Positions 9,951 through 19,309 of a stretch of DNA of 64,000 nucleotides are shown here, piece by piece. The position numbers and the translations under genes were made by a program. Within the stretch, counting starts at the first letter, position 1; each line of letters starts with the position of its first letter. The notes under the pieces were generated by a model. That model was not told where the DNA came from. It saw only the letters and a list, made by a program, of their open reading frames with translations, and searched no databases. This DNA comes from Candidatus Dormibacter sp. (GTDB lineage Bacteria; Chloroflexota; Dormibacteria; Aeolococcales; Aeolococcaceae). Location of the stretch: NCBI GenBank assembly GCA_039935655.1, contig JBDTJX010000081.1, forward strand, positions 1,437 through 65,436, given 5' to 3'.

Positions 9951-11599
9951 CGGCGGTGCTCGCGGCGCTCCTCGTCGTGCTCGGGGCCGCCGCGTGGCTC
10001 TGGCTGCTCGCGCGGATCACGCTGGTGGCCGCGCGGATGTACCAGATCGAGGAATACGAGGCGGCGCGATTGTTGGCGTGGGGTGGCAGGCGCGCGTGGC
10101 TGCTGCATCGCGCCGTGCTCGTCGCGGCCGTCGCGCCCGCCGCGGTGACCGTCGCCGCGGTGATCGACCCATCGGCAGCGCCACCGCGCCCGCTTCTTGC
10201 CGGCATGTGGCTCGCCGGCGCGCTCGCCGCGCAGCCGGCGTGGGAGTGGCTCCCACCCAAGAAAGCGCTGGTGTTCACGCCGCGGCTGCGCCGCCTGCTC
10301 GCCACCACGGCGGTGCTCGCGCTGGTCGCGGCGGCCGGCGTCTGCGTGGCCGTGCTGCTGGCGCCGGTGTGGCTCGCCGGTTTGTTCGTGGTCGCCACCG
10401 ACGCCGGGGCCACGCTGCTGAGCATGGTGCTCCTGGTTGCGGCGAACGGGATCAACCGGCCGACCGAGGCACGCGTGCGTGGCGGCTTCCTGCGCGCGGC
10501 GCGCCGGCGCATCGAGCAGGTCGACCCACTTGTCATCGCCGTCGCGGGCAGCTACGGCAAGACCTCGACCAAGCACATCCTAGCCCACTTCCTCGAGCAG
10601 TACGGACCGACACTGGCCACACCGAAGAGCTTCAACACTCTCATGGGTGTCTCACGAACCATCAATGATGTGCTCGAGGATCGGCACCGCACGTTCATCG
10701 TCGAGATGGACGCCTACGCGCCCGGCGAGATCGCGTCCATCTGCGCGCTGGTGCGGCCGCGCCATGCCCTGCTGACCTCTGTCGGCCCGCAGCACCTGGA
10801 GAGGTTCGGCACCGTCGACCGCATCGCCGACGCTCTGTACGAGACCCTGGAGGACCTGCCCACGTCGGGCTTCGCCGTCGTCTACGGGGGCGACGCGGCC
10901 ACCGCGTCGCTGGGCACACGGGCCCGCACCGTGGGCCGGGAGGTCGTCACCTACGGCATCGAGGGCGAGTCAGTCGACCTCGATGTTGTTGCCGAAGATG
11001 TCCAGATCACCGGCGCCGGGTCGCGGTTCACCTGGACCTGGCCGGCAGCCGGGCTGCGCCACGAGCTGACAGTTCCGCTCCTCGGACGTCACCAGGTGCT
11101 CAACGTCAGCGCCGCGCTCGCCGCTGTCCACAGTCTGGGGCTGCCGCTGGAGCCGGCGCTGAGCGCCGTCGTCACGCTGGCGCCCGTCGACCATCGCCTG
11201 CAGCCTGTGCCCACGGGCAACGCGATCACGGTCATCGACGACTCGTACAACGCCAACCCGGTCGGGGTGCACAACGGGCTCGAGGTTCTCGGCGAGCTGG
11301 ACGCGCGCCAGCGCATTTTGGTGACCCCGGGGCTGGTCGAGCTCGGGGCGCTGGAGGACGACGAGAACCGACGTTACGGGGAACACGCTGCGCGTGTGTG
11401 CGACCACGTCATCGTCATGGACGCGCGTCCGGCACGGGCGCTGCGCGACGGGCTTCGCGCCGGGGGAATGCCGGACGACCACGTACACGTGGTGCGCTCA
11501 CTCGCCGAGGCCACGGCCGTCATCGGCCGGATCGCGACGGCCGGTGACGCAGTGTTGTTCGCCAATGACCTGCCCGACACATATCTCGGTGCCGCCTGA
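9947..11599 (+). CDS. murF: UDP-MurNAc-tripeptide--D-Ala-D-Ala ligase (MurF-like) with an Ala/Leu-rich N-terminal extension
   Basis: Mur ligase P-loop VAGSYGKTSTK followed by Mur ligase middle and C-terminal domains. The ORF track's upstream 184 aa (9395-9946) overlap the hydrolase in another frame, so the start is taken at GTG 9947 (coupled GTGA). The true start may be further downstream. Confidence 0.7.
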   Translation: MTAVLAALLVVLGAAAWLWLLARITLVAARMYQIEEYEAARLLAWGGRRAWLLHRAVLVAAVAPAAVTVAAVIDPSAAPPRPLLAGMWLAGALAAQPAWEWLPPKKALVFTPRLRRLLATTAVLALVAAAGVCVAVLLAPVWLAGLFVVATDAGATLLSMVLLVAANGINRPTEARVRGGFLRAARRRIEQVDPLVIAVAGSYGKTSTKHILAHFLEQYGPTLATPKSFNTLMGVSRTINDVLEDRHRTFIVEMDAYAPGEIASICALVRPRHALLTSVGPQHLERFGTVDRIADALYETLEDLPTSGFAVVYGGDAATASLGTRARTVGREVVTYGIEGESVDLDVVAEDVQITGAGSRFTWTWPAAGLRHELTVPLLGRHQVLNVSAALAAVHSLGLPLEPALSAVVTLAPVDHRLQPVPTGNAITVIDDSYNANPVGVHNGLEVLGELDARQRILVTPGLVELGALEDDENRRYGEHAARVCDHVIVMDARPARALRDGLRAGGMPDDHVHVVRSLAEATAVIGRIATAGDAVLFANDLPDTYLGAA

Positions 11600-11702
11600 C
11601 CCAGGTCCGATGCGCGCAAAGCGGTTGTGATGCTCGATTCCACCCCATAATGTTGCAACCGGCGCACAGGGCCGACACGTCCTCGCTCACGTCCTCACAT
11701 CG

Positions 11703-12818
11703 ATGCCCCAGCACCTCCACGAGCGCCTCTTGCGCGCGAGCCCGCCCCTCGACGACGTCGCCGCACGCCGTGCCCAGGTCCGCGCTGTCGCCGCCGGGCT
11801 TGTCGACGGTCCGCGCATGGGCCGGCGCTTCCACGTCCCGACCGGTGTCCGTCTGGAGGCGTCGCCCCGCCGACGTCGCCATGGGCCGCGCCGCGCCCTG
11901 CCGGTGGTGCGCAGCCATGGTGGTGCTACCGTACGGCGCCTCGCGGCTGCCGGCGTCCTGGTGGTGCAGGTGGGCATCCTCGCCGCGCTGCTGCTCTCGC
12001 CGGCATTCAAGGTCCACACCGTCGAGGTCAGCGGCGACCGGCTGCTGAGCCGCGATGCCGTCCTGGCAGCGGCGCGGGTGCCGCAGTCGAGCCTGTTCAC
12101 CGTCGACGGCGATGCGATCCGCTCGCGGTTGGCCGCGCTGCCGTGGGTGCGCACGGCAACGGTGACGACACAGCTGCCGTCGACGCTGAGGATCGGGGTG
12201 ACGGAATGGCAGCCGGACGTGCTCCTCCGCCACGGAGGGGACAGCACATTCGTGGCGGCCAACGGTGCGACGCTCGCCTACACGCAGGCGACGGCCGCAG
12301 CCCGACAGGGCATCCCGCTGCTGCTCGACTATCGAGCGGGGCCGCAACAGCCGTTCGTGAACGGCCTCGCCGACCTCCTGGCTGGGGCTGCGCAGCGCTG
12401 GAAGGCGACATTCGGCTGCACCCTGGACGCCTTCGTGATCAGCGACCACAACGTCTTCTCCGCGTGGTGCGGCAGCGGCTGGCAGGCGGTGTTCGGTGCG
12501 CTTGACAGCAGCCAGGCATTGGCCGCCATCCCCGCTCAGCTCGAGGTCCTGGCGGCGCTGAAGGGGAGGATCAGCTTCGTCAAGCCCAGCTTCAACTACG
12601 TCAACCTCGAGAACATCGGCGCGCCCGCCATCGGTGGCAAGCCCGGCGTTCCGGCGTCATTGTTGAGCGACATCGCGGGGACCGCGTTGCCCAGCACGGC
12701 GCCGCCCTCAGGCCCGGCCATCGCCGCGCCCCCACCCACGGCGTCCGCCTCGCCGACGCCAAAACCGACACCGACACCGTTCGTCTTCAACCTCGCCCCG
12801 CCCTCGGCGCAGCACTGA
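11703..12818 (+). CDS. ftsQ: Cell division protein FtsQ/DivIB (POTRA domain) with a Pro/Ala-rich C-terminal tail
   Basis: Single TM segment followed by a POTRA-like segment (VHTVEVSGDRLLSRDAVLAAARV...LRIGVTEWQP). Conserved position after the mur genes. Start not certain. Confidence 0.6.
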   Translation: MPQHLHERLLRASPPLDDVAARRAQVRAVAAGLVDGPRMGRRFHVPTGVRLEASPRRRRHGPRRALPVVRSHGGATVRRLAAAGVLVVQVGILAALLLSPAFKVHTVEVSGDRLLSRDAVLAAARVPQSSLFTVDGDAIRSRLAALPWVRTATVTTQLPSTLRIGVTEWQPDVLLRHGGDSTFVAANGATLAYTQATAAARQGIPLLLDYRAGPQQPFVNGLADLLAGAAQRWKATFGCTLDAFVISDHNVFSAWCGSGWQAVFGALDSSQALAAIPAQLEVLAALKGRISFVKPSFNYVNLENIGAPAIGGKPGVPASLLSDIAGTALPSTAPPSGPAIAAPPPTASASPTPKPTPTPFVFNLAPPSAQH

Positions 12819-12821
12819 CCC

Positions 12822-13709
12822 TCAGTCGCGCGCCCACGGACGGGCGATGCGCAGTGCGCTGAGGATCGCGCGCGTCGCCGGCGAGCGGTTCAGCGTGATG
12901 AAATGGATGCCGGGTGCGCCCGCACGCAGCAACTCGCTGCACTGCAGCGTGGCCCAGGCGACGCCCAGCTGCAGGACCGCGGCCGGGTCGTCCGCCCGCG
13001 ACTCGAGGGCGCGGCGCAACGGGGCGGGGATCGACGCGCCGATCTTGGCTGTGAAGCGGTACACCTGGTCGACGTTGGTGATGGGCATGATCCCTGGGAC
13101 GATGGGCACGTCGATGCCGGCGTCGCGAGCGCGCGCGAGGAAATTGAAGTACACGGAGTTGTCGAAGAAGAGCTGGGTGATCAGGAACCTCGCGCCCGCC
13201 TCCACCTTGTTCAGGGCGGCAGCGACGTCGTCTTCGAGGGTCGCTGACTCGACGTGCTTCTCCGGCGAACAGGCCGCTCCGACGCACAGGTCGGCGTTGT
13301 CGGTGAGCAGGCGAACCAGCTCGCTGCCGTAGCGCAGACCGCCCTCGCGCGGGATGAACGCGCCTTCTCCGTCGGGGGGATCGCCGCGGATGGCCAGCAC
13401 GTTGTCAATACCGACCGCCTCGTACTGGCGGACCTCCTCGAGCAGGTCGTCCACCGTCGAGTCGCGACACGTCAGGTGGGCCATCGGCAGCAGGCCCGTC
13501 TCCTTGTGGAGGCGCTCGACGAGGCGGACTGTGCGGTCGTCCCGGCTGCTGCCGCCGGCGCCATGGGTGACCGACACGAACGCCGGTTCGAGGTCGGCCA
13601 GGGCGGCGATGGTGGCGAAGAGCCTCTCTGCACCCTGGTCATCGCGGGGTGGGAAGAACTCGAACGAGAAGAGAGGATCGTGACGCGCAAACAGGCTGTC
13701 GATGCGCAT
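12822..13709 (-). CDS. metF: 5,10-methylenetetrahydrofolate reductase
   Basis: MRIDSLFARHDPLFSFEFFPP... is a canonical MetF N-terminus. Start placed at the ATG (13707-13709) where the homology begins; the ORF track's upstream 200 aa have no homology. Confidence 0.85.
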   Translation of the reverse strand: MRIDSLFARHDPLFSFEFFPPRDDQGAERLFATIAALADLEPAFVSVTHGAGGSSRDDRTVRLVERLHKETGLLPMAHLTCRDSTVDDLLEEVRQYEAVGIDNVLAIRGDPPDGEGAFIPREGGLRYGSELVRLLTDNADLCVGAACSPEKHVESATLEDDVAAALNKVEAGARFLITQLFFDNSVYFNFLARARDAGIDVPIVPGIMPITNVDQVYRFTAKIGASIPAPLRRALESRADDPAAVLQLGVAWATLQCSELLRAGAPGIHFITLNRSPATRAILSALRIARPWARD

Positions 13710-13769
13710 GTGCGTGATGGTGACGCACCGAGCTGGTTCGTCGCCACGTCTGCTGGTAGGGTTGCCGCC

Positions 13770-14816
13770 GTGTTGGCAGTACGTGCGGTCAGGTTCGGCG
13801 GTGAGGACCCCGTGGCCAACATCGACATCGGCGAGGTCCCCGATCCCCGCCCGGGACCCGGGGAGGTGCTGGTGGCTGTCGGCGCGGCGTCGCTCAACCA
13901 CCACGATCTCTGGACGCTGCGCGGGATCGGATCGCGCCCCCTTGTCGAGCCGCAGGTGCTCGGCTGTGACGCGGCCGGCACGGTTCTCGCCTACGGCGAC
14001 GGCGGCCCGCTCGACGGGGATCCGCCGGTCGGGGCTGCCGTGGTCGTCCACAGCGTGATGACCTGCGGCCACTGCCGGGCGTGCCGATCCGGAGACGAAC
14101 TCCACTGCCCGCGCATCGGCCTCCTCAGCGAGCCGCCGTACCCGGGGACCCTGGCCGAACGCCTGGTCGTCCCCGCCGCCAACATCCTGCCGCTCCCCGA
14201 GGGCGTCGACGTCGTCACCGCGGCATGCCTGCCGACCGCGTACCTCACGGCGTACCGGATGCTCTTCGTCCGCGCCGGGCTGCAGCCCGGTCAGCGGGTT
14301 CTCGTCCACGGGGCCACCGGCGGCGTCGCCAGCGCCGCCATCCTCATCGGCAAAGCCGCCGGTCTGACCGTGTACGCCACCTCCCGGGAGGATGCCAAGC
14401 GGGCGGCCGCTGTCGAGCTGGGTGCGGCCGCAACGTTCGCCACCGATCGCGACGGGGTCAAGCAGGTTCTCGCCGCCAGCGACGGCGGCGTCGACGCGGT
14501 GCTCGACACCGTGGGGGAGGCGACGTGGGATTTCTCCCTCCGGGTGACCCGCCCCGGCGGCACGGTGGTGGTCTCCGGTGCCACCTCAGGACCGAACCCA
14601 CCCGCTCAGCTGAACCGCATCTTCTGGCGCCATCTCACCATCGCTGGCAGCAGCATGGGGACACGCGATGAGCTCGCTCGCCTGGTCGAGCTGTGCGCCG
14701 GCGAGCGGCTGCACCCGCTGGTCGACTCGGTGCGCCCGCTCAACGAGGCGAGGGACGCGTTCATCGCCCTGGCCGGCGGCGAGCGTCGCGGCAAGCTGGT
14801 GCTCCGGCCCCGCTGA
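13770..14816 (+). CDS. Zinc-binding alcohol dehydrogenase / quinone oxidoreductase (MDR family)
   Basis: MDR-family hallmarks: GEVLVAV, the structural-zinc Cys cluster CGHCRACRSGDELHC, and Rossmann loop GATGGVASAA. GTG start at 13770 (alternative TTG at 13773) leaves a 60-bp divergent intergenic region with metF. Confidence 0.75.
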   Translation: MLAVRAVRFGGEDPVANIDIGEVPDPRPGPGEVLVAVGAASLNHHDLWTLRGIGSRPLVEPQVLGCDAAGTVLAYGDGGPLDGDPPVGAAVVVHSVMTCGHCRACRSGDELHCPRIGLLSEPPYPGTLAERLVVPAANILPLPEGVDVVTAACLPTAYLTAYRMLFVRAGLQPGQRVLVHGATGGVASAAILIGKAAGLTVYATSREDAKRAAAVELGAAATFATDRDGVKQVLAASDGGVDAVLDTVGEATWDFSLRVTRPGGTVVVSGATSGPNPPAQLNRIFWRHLTIAGSSMGTRDELARLVELCAGERLHPLVDSVRPLNEARDAFIALAGGERRGKLVLRPR

Positions 14817-14964
14817 GGGCCGTTTGCAGGGCTTTGCGGATGCCTCTCGACCACCCCCGGCCCTGTGTCCTCGCAGGCCACATCTTGTGGCATACTCCGG
14901 CGGCAAACTCAGCATCTTGCGGTTTTGCGCCTGATTACCCCTATCTAAAGGGCCACGCCCCGGC

Positions 14965-14970
14965 TATACT
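14965..14970 (+). promoter_or_regulatory. Putative -10 element (TATACT) in the AT-richer ftsA upstream region
   Basis: TATACT lies 12 nt upstream of the ftsA TTG start, inside a locally GC-poorer 165-bp intergenic region. An AGAGG Shine-Dalgarno sits at 14972-14976. Sequence inspection only. Confidence 0.2.
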
Positions 14971-14981
14971 CAGAGGCCAAG

Positions 14982-16220
14982 TTGACCCGTTCTCGCCGCG
15001 TCTTTGCACTCGATCTAGGAACGACGAAGGTCTGCTGCGCCATCGCTGAGTTGGACAGCACCGGGTTGCGTGTCATCGGTGTGGGTGAGGCCCCCTCGCG
15101 GGGGGTGAGGAAGGGGTCGATCATCGAGATCGATCGTGCCGCTGAGGCCGTGGCCGAGGCGGTCGACCTGGCCGAACAGATGAGCGGTGTCCCCGTCGAT
15201 TCCGCGGTGGTCGGCCTGGCGGGAACCAGCATCGCCTCTCAGAACTCGCGCGGCGTCGTCGCCGTGGCCGCCGGCCACCGAGAGGTGCGGGATGCCGACG
15301 TCACTCGCGCTGTCGAGGCCGCGCGGGCGGTCAGCGTGCCGTCGGATCGCAAGATCCTCCACGTCCTCCCTCAGCAGTTCACCATCGATGGCCAGGAGGG
15401 GGTGCGTGACGCCCTCGGCATGTCGGGCACGCGGCTCGAGGTGGACGCGCACATCATCACCGGCACCACGACTGCGATCCAGAACATGATCAAGGTGGTG
15501 CACAAGGCTGGGCTGGACGTCGAGGACCTGGTGCTCCAGGTGCTGGCATCGGCCGAGGCGGTCATCGGTGAAGACGAGCTCGATCGCGGCGTCGTCGTCG
15601 CCGACATCGGCGGCGGCACCACCGACGTCGCAGTTTTTGCCAAAGGCAGCATCATCCACACCGCGGTCATCCCCGTCGGTGGCAACCACGTCAGCGGTGA
15701 CATGGCCGTTGGCCTGCGTTGCGACCTGGAGACCGCCGAGGCCACCAAGCGCGCCTACGGACACTGCCTGCAGCTGACCCTCCCCGCCGACGCCGAGGTC
15801 AAGCTGTTGCCGATGGGGTACGACGAACCCGTCAACGTGCCGCAGCGTTTTCTCGCCGAGATCATCGGCCCGCGGGCGCGCGAGATGGCGCAGCTGATCG
15901 CCGCCGAGGTGGAGAAGGCGGGGCCGCCGAGCAGCTTTCCCGGCGGCATCGTGCTCACCGGTGGCGGCGCGCTCCTGCGCGGGTTTGCCGAGGTGATCCA
16001 GCAGGTGACCGACCTGCCCGCACGCGTTGCCGCACCACACGGCGTCACAGGTATGAACGATGAGATCAGCGGGCCGCACCATGCCACCGTCGTCGGCCTG
16101 CTGCGGTGGGGCGCGCGCGGCAGGATGGGGCGCGGCGTGCAGTTGACTGGGCGGGCGCAGAACGGCAACGGCCAGCATGTCAGCGATCGTTTTGGACGGT
16201 GGATTCGTGAACTTTTCTGA
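14982..16220 (+). CDS. ftsA: Cell division protein FtsA
   Basis: Actin-like ATPase N-terminus ([11 protein letters not shown]), conserved position before ftsZ. TTG start has an AGAGG RBS. Confidence 0.9.
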   Translation: MTRSRRVFALDLGTTKVCCAIAELDSTGLRVIGVGEAPSRGVRKGSIIEIDRAAEAVAEAVDLAEQMSGVPVDSAVVGLAGTSIASQNSRGVVAVAAGHREVRDADVTRAVEAARAVSVPSDRKILHVLPQQFTIDGQEGVRDALGMSGTRLEVDAHIITGTTTAIQNMIKVVHKAGLDVEDLVLQVLASAEAVIGEDELDRGVVVADIGGGTTDVAVFAKGSIIHTAVIPVGGNHVSGDMAVGLRCDLETAEATKRAYGHCLQLTLPADAEVKLLPMGYDEPVNVPQRFLAEIIGPRAREMAQLIAAEVEKAGPPSSFPGGIVLTGGGALLRGFAEVIQQVTDLPARVAAPHGVTGMNDEISGPHHATVVGLLRWGARGRMGRGVQLTGRAQNGNGQHVSDRFGRWIRELF

Positions 16221-16353
16221 ACGGATGAAGTTGTACGGGCTGGACGGTGAGGCGCAGCCGTCGGGTCCCGACAGTCGTGGCAACAGTGATGAAACGACGC
16301 GTGCGGGGAAGTTTTCGCTGCGTCCGAAGAGCAGGCAGCGTGAGGAGTCACCC

Positions 16354-17451
16354 ATGAACGATCTCGACCGGACGCTGGAGGGAAATGCCCGCATCAAGGT
16401 TGTGGGTGTCGGTGGCGGCGGCAGCAACGCCGTCAACCGGATGATCCAGAGCCGCCTCAAGGGGGTCGAGTTCATCTCCGTGAACACCGACCACCAGGCG
16501 CTGCAGCTCAGCAATGCGCACAAGAAGGTGCGCATCGGATCCAAGCTGACGCGCGGACTGGGCGCGGGCGGTGACCCGCTGCGCGGCGCCGAGGCCGCCG
16601 AGGAATCCCGTGGCGAGATCACCAAGCTGCTCGAGGACTGCGACATGGTGTTCGTGACCGCCGGCATGGGGGGCGGCACCGGCACCGGCGCGGCCCCGAC
16701 CGTCGCGGAGATCGCTCGCGAGCAGGGGGCGCTGACCATCGGTGTGGTCACCAAGCCCTTCAAGTTCGAGGGCCTCAAGCGGCAGCGGTGCGCCGACGAT
16801 GGTATCGCCAACCTCCAGGGGCGCGTCGACACGCTCATCACCATCCCCAACGAGCGGCTCATGCAGGTGGTCGACAAGAAGACCCCGATCACCGAGGCGT
16901 TCAAGTTGGCCGACGACGTTCTCCGTCAGGGCGTGCAGGGCATCAGCGACCTCATCGTGTTCCCAGGCCTGATCAACCTCGACTTCGCCGACGTCAAGGC
17001 GATCATGTCGGGTCAGGGCGCGGCGCTCATGGGTATCGGGTTCGGCAACGGCGACACGCGCGCCGCCGACGCCGCCCGCGACGCGGTGGCCAGCCCTCTC
17101 CTCGAGACCACCATCGCCGGCGCCAAGGGCATCCTGCTCAACGTCACCGGTGGTCCGGACCTGACGCTCTACGAGGTCAACGAAGCCGCCCAGCTGGTGA
17201 GCGAGTCGGCCGACCCTGACGCGCAGATCATCTTCGGAACGGTCATCGACGAGCAGATGAAGGGCGAGGTGAAGATCACTGTGATCGCCACCGGCTTCAC
17301 CGGCCAGATCGATGTGCTGGGCACGCTCGCCTACGAGCCGGCGGCGCGGTCGGTGGCTGCGTCCCCGGCCTTCACCATCGGAGGTCGTTCCTCGAGCCCA
17401 CCCAACGCGGATGATCTCGACATCCCGGCCTTCCTCCGGGACCGTCGCTAG
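16354..17451 (+). CDS. ftsZ: Cell division GTPase FtsZ
   Basis: Tubulin signature GGGTGTG ([15 protein letters not shown]) and N-terminus [20 protein letters not shown] at 16354 has a GAGGAG RBS 6 nt upstream; the ORF track's upstream 59 aa are not FtsZ-like. Confidence 0.95.
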   Translation: MNDLDRTLEGNARIKVVGVGGGGSNAVNRMIQSRLKGVEFISVNTDHQALQLSNAHKKVRIGSKLTRGLGAGGDPLRGAEAAEESRGEITKLLEDCDMVFVTAGMGGGTGTGAAPTVAEIAREQGALTIGVVTKPFKFEGLKRQRCADDGIANLQGRVDTLITIPNERLMQVVDKKTPITEAFKLADDVLRQGVQGISDLIVFPGLINLDFADVKAIMSGQGAALMGIGFGNGDTRAADAARDAVASPLLETTIAGAKGILLNVTGGPDLTLYEVNEAAQLVSESADPDAQIIFGTVIDEQMKGEVKITVIATGFTGQIDVLGTLAYEPAARSVAASPAFTIGGRSSSPPNADDLDIPAFLRDRR

Positions 17452-17469
17452 GGACTCCGTCCTCGGGCA

Positions 17470-17495
17470 GGGGGCCTCGCCTCGCCGAGGCCCCC
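17470..17495 (+). terminator. GC-rich perfect hairpin (10-bp stem, 6-nt loop) between ftsZ and nrdR; no U-tract
   Basis: GGGGGCCTCG-cctcgc-CGAGGCCCCC begins 19 nt after the ftsZ stop. A poly-T tail is absent, which could reflect high-GC terminator style, or the hairpin may be an attenuator or stability element. Confidence 0.35.
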
Positions 17496-17505
17496 TGTTG
17501 ATGCC

Positions 17506-18045
17506 ATGAAGTGCCCATACTGTTCGCAGCCGGAATCGAAGGTCGTCGACTCGCGCGACTCCGAGACCGGCGAGGCGATCCGCCGACGCCGGGAATGCCT
17601 TGTCTGCCACAAGCGTTTCACCACCTATGAGCGGGTCGAGGCGGTGCCGCTCTGGGTGGTCAAGAAGGACGGCCGGCGTGAGGAGTTCCGTCGCAGCAAG
17701 CTCCTCGGTGGCCTGGTCAACGCGTCCACCAAGCGGGAGCTCGCTTCGGCCCAGCTCGAGACCGTCGTCGACGGCGTCGAGAACGCGCTGCGCGCACGCA
17801 ACGTGACCGAGGTCCGCAGCCGCGAGGTCGGCGAGATGGTGATGCAGCACCTGCGCGCCCTCGACGAGATCGCGTACGTGCGTTTCGCGTCGGTGTACCG
17901 GTCATTCCAGGACGTCGAGCAGATGCGCGCCACCATCGAGGACGTGCTTGCCAATCCTCCGGGGACTCGTCCGCCGGATGCACCGCGTCGCCGCCGCAAG
18001 CGTGCCGACGAGGGCAGCGAGCCGGCTCTCGACATCGGCAAGTGA
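17506..18045 (+). CDS. nrdR: Transcriptional repressor NrdR
   Basis: MKCPYCS...CLVCHKRFTTYE zinc ribbon plus ATP-cone; near full-length match to the NrdR family. Confidence 0.9.
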   Translation: MKCPYCSQPESKVVDSRDSETGEAIRRRRECLVCHKRFTTYERVEAVPLWVVKKDGRREEFRRSKLLGGLVNASTKRELASAQLETVVDGVENALRARNVTEVRSREVGEMVMQHLRALDEIAYVRFASVYRSFQDVEQMRATIEDVLANPPGTRPPDAPRRRRKRADEGSEPALDIGK

Positions 18046-18746
18046 GCGACGCACAGCTGTTGGCCGCTCGGCTGCAGGGCGTACGCGAGCGGGTGCGGCA
18101 GGTCGCCGAGCACGCCGGCCGCGACCCCGCGACCGTGCGCATTGTCGCGGTCACCAAGGGACACCCGGCCAGCACCGTCGATGCCGCTCTCGAAGCTGGC
18201 GTCCCCGACATCGCTGAGAACCGTGTGCAGGAGGCGGAGGCCAAGCGAGCCGAGCTGGGCGACCGCGCCGTGACGTGGCACATGGTGGGGCACGTCCAGC
18301 GCAACAAGGCACGCTCGGCCGCAGCGACCTTCGACGTTGTGCACTCCATCGACTCTGCGCGGCTCGCCACCGCTCTCGATCGCCATCGTGGCGCCGCCGC
18401 CGCGCGCATGCGCGTTCTCATCGAGGTTGACCTGACGGGAATCCCGGGTCGCAGCGGGGTGGGGACCGACGCCGCCTCCGCACTGCTGACGGCGCTCAAC
18501 GAACTGCCTGCGCTCGAGCCGATCGGGTTGATGACCATCGCGCCGCCGGGGTCGCCCGACACGGCCCGCGACTGCTTTGCACGCCTGCGAGGGCTGCGCG
18601 ACAGGCTGCATGGCGAGCAGGGATTCCCGCTCCCCGAGCTGAGCATGGGGATGAGCGACGACTTCGAGATCGCCATTGCCGAGGGGTCAACCATGGTGCG
18701 GCTTGGCCGGGTGCTGTTCGGTGACCGCGGCGGCCCGCAACCGTGA
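18042..18746 (+). CDS. yggS: PLP-homeostasis protein YggS/YlmE
   Basis: Alanine-racemase N-terminal-like fold (VAVTKGHP...WHMVGHVQRNK). Typical neighbour of ftsZ. Confidence 0.85.
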   Translation: MSDAQLLAARLQGVRERVRQVAEHAGRDPATVRIVAVTKGHPASTVDAALEAGVPDIAENRVQEAEAKRAELGDRAVTWHMVGHVQRNKARSAAATFDVVHSIDSARLATALDRHRGAAAARMRVLIEVDLTGIPGRSGVGTDAASALLTALNELPALEPIGLMTIAPPGSPDTARDCFARLRGLRDRLHGEQGFPLPELSMGMSDDFEIAIAEGSTMVRLGRVLFGDRGGPQP

Positions 18747-19309
18747 CGAGGGCCGCCGCTATCCTGACCGCGATGAGCGAGGACCACCCGAACGTGCCCG
18801 CCGCTGCCACCGACCGGGTGAGCGACGACGCGCTGCCGAGCCGGCGCCGCCAGCTGAGCGTGATGCTCGGCACCGCCATCATCGTCTTCGCCGTCGACCA
18901 CCTCAGCAAGTGGCTGGTCACGCAGCACGTCGTCCTGGGCAGCCAGGTGCCGGCCAGCGGACCGGTCACCATCCACCACATCCAGAACCGCGGTGCTGCA
19001 TTCGGTCTCTTCCCTCAGTTGCAGGTCGTCTTCCTGGTGGTGGCCGCAGCCGTGGCTCTCTACATCCTGGTGGCCGGCCGACGCTTCGGTCCGGGCGTGT
19101 TCCCGCAGGTGCTGCTCGGCATGGTGCTCGGAGGCGCGATCGCCAACGCTCTCGACCGATTCGTGCAGGGGTATGTCGTCGACTTCATCGACCTGCAGAG
19201 GTGGCCGGTGTTCAACGTCGCCGACATGGCGATCGTCCTCGGCATCCTCCTCGGCGTGCTGACCCTGCGCACGTCGCCGCCAACAACTGGTCGCGACCGC
19301 GTTGCATGA
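18743..19309 (+). CDS. lspA: Lipoprotein signal peptidase II
   Basis: Conserved NRGAAFG and FNVAD motifs and four TM segments. Start could instead be the ATG at 18773. Confidence 0.85.
   Translation: MTRAAAILTAMSEDHPNVPAAATDRVSDDALPSRRRQLSVMLGTAIIVFAVDHLSKWLVTQHVVLGSQVPASGPVTIHHIQNRGAAFGLFPQLQVVFLVVAAAVALYILVAGRRFGPGVFPQVLLGMVLGGAIANALDRFVQGYVVDFIDLQRWPVFNVADMAIVLGILLGVLTLRTSPPTTGRDRVA

Noticed and set aside
13710-14309. Upstream 200 aa of the metF ORF
   Set aside because: Overlaps the oxidoreductase gene on the opposite strand and has no MetF homology. MetF starts at MRIDSLFAR (13709).
16177-16353. 59-aa N-terminal extension of ftsZ
   Set aside because: No FtsZ homology. A strong RBS (GAGGAG) directly precedes the ATG at 16354, where the conserved FtsZ N-terminus starts.
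18676-19305. N-terminal 210 aa of the 511-aa ORF 18676-20211
   Set aside because: Not homologous to anything. RluD homology starts at the ATG 19306, which overlaps the lspA stop; the upstream part is read-through in an alternative frame of yggS/lspA.
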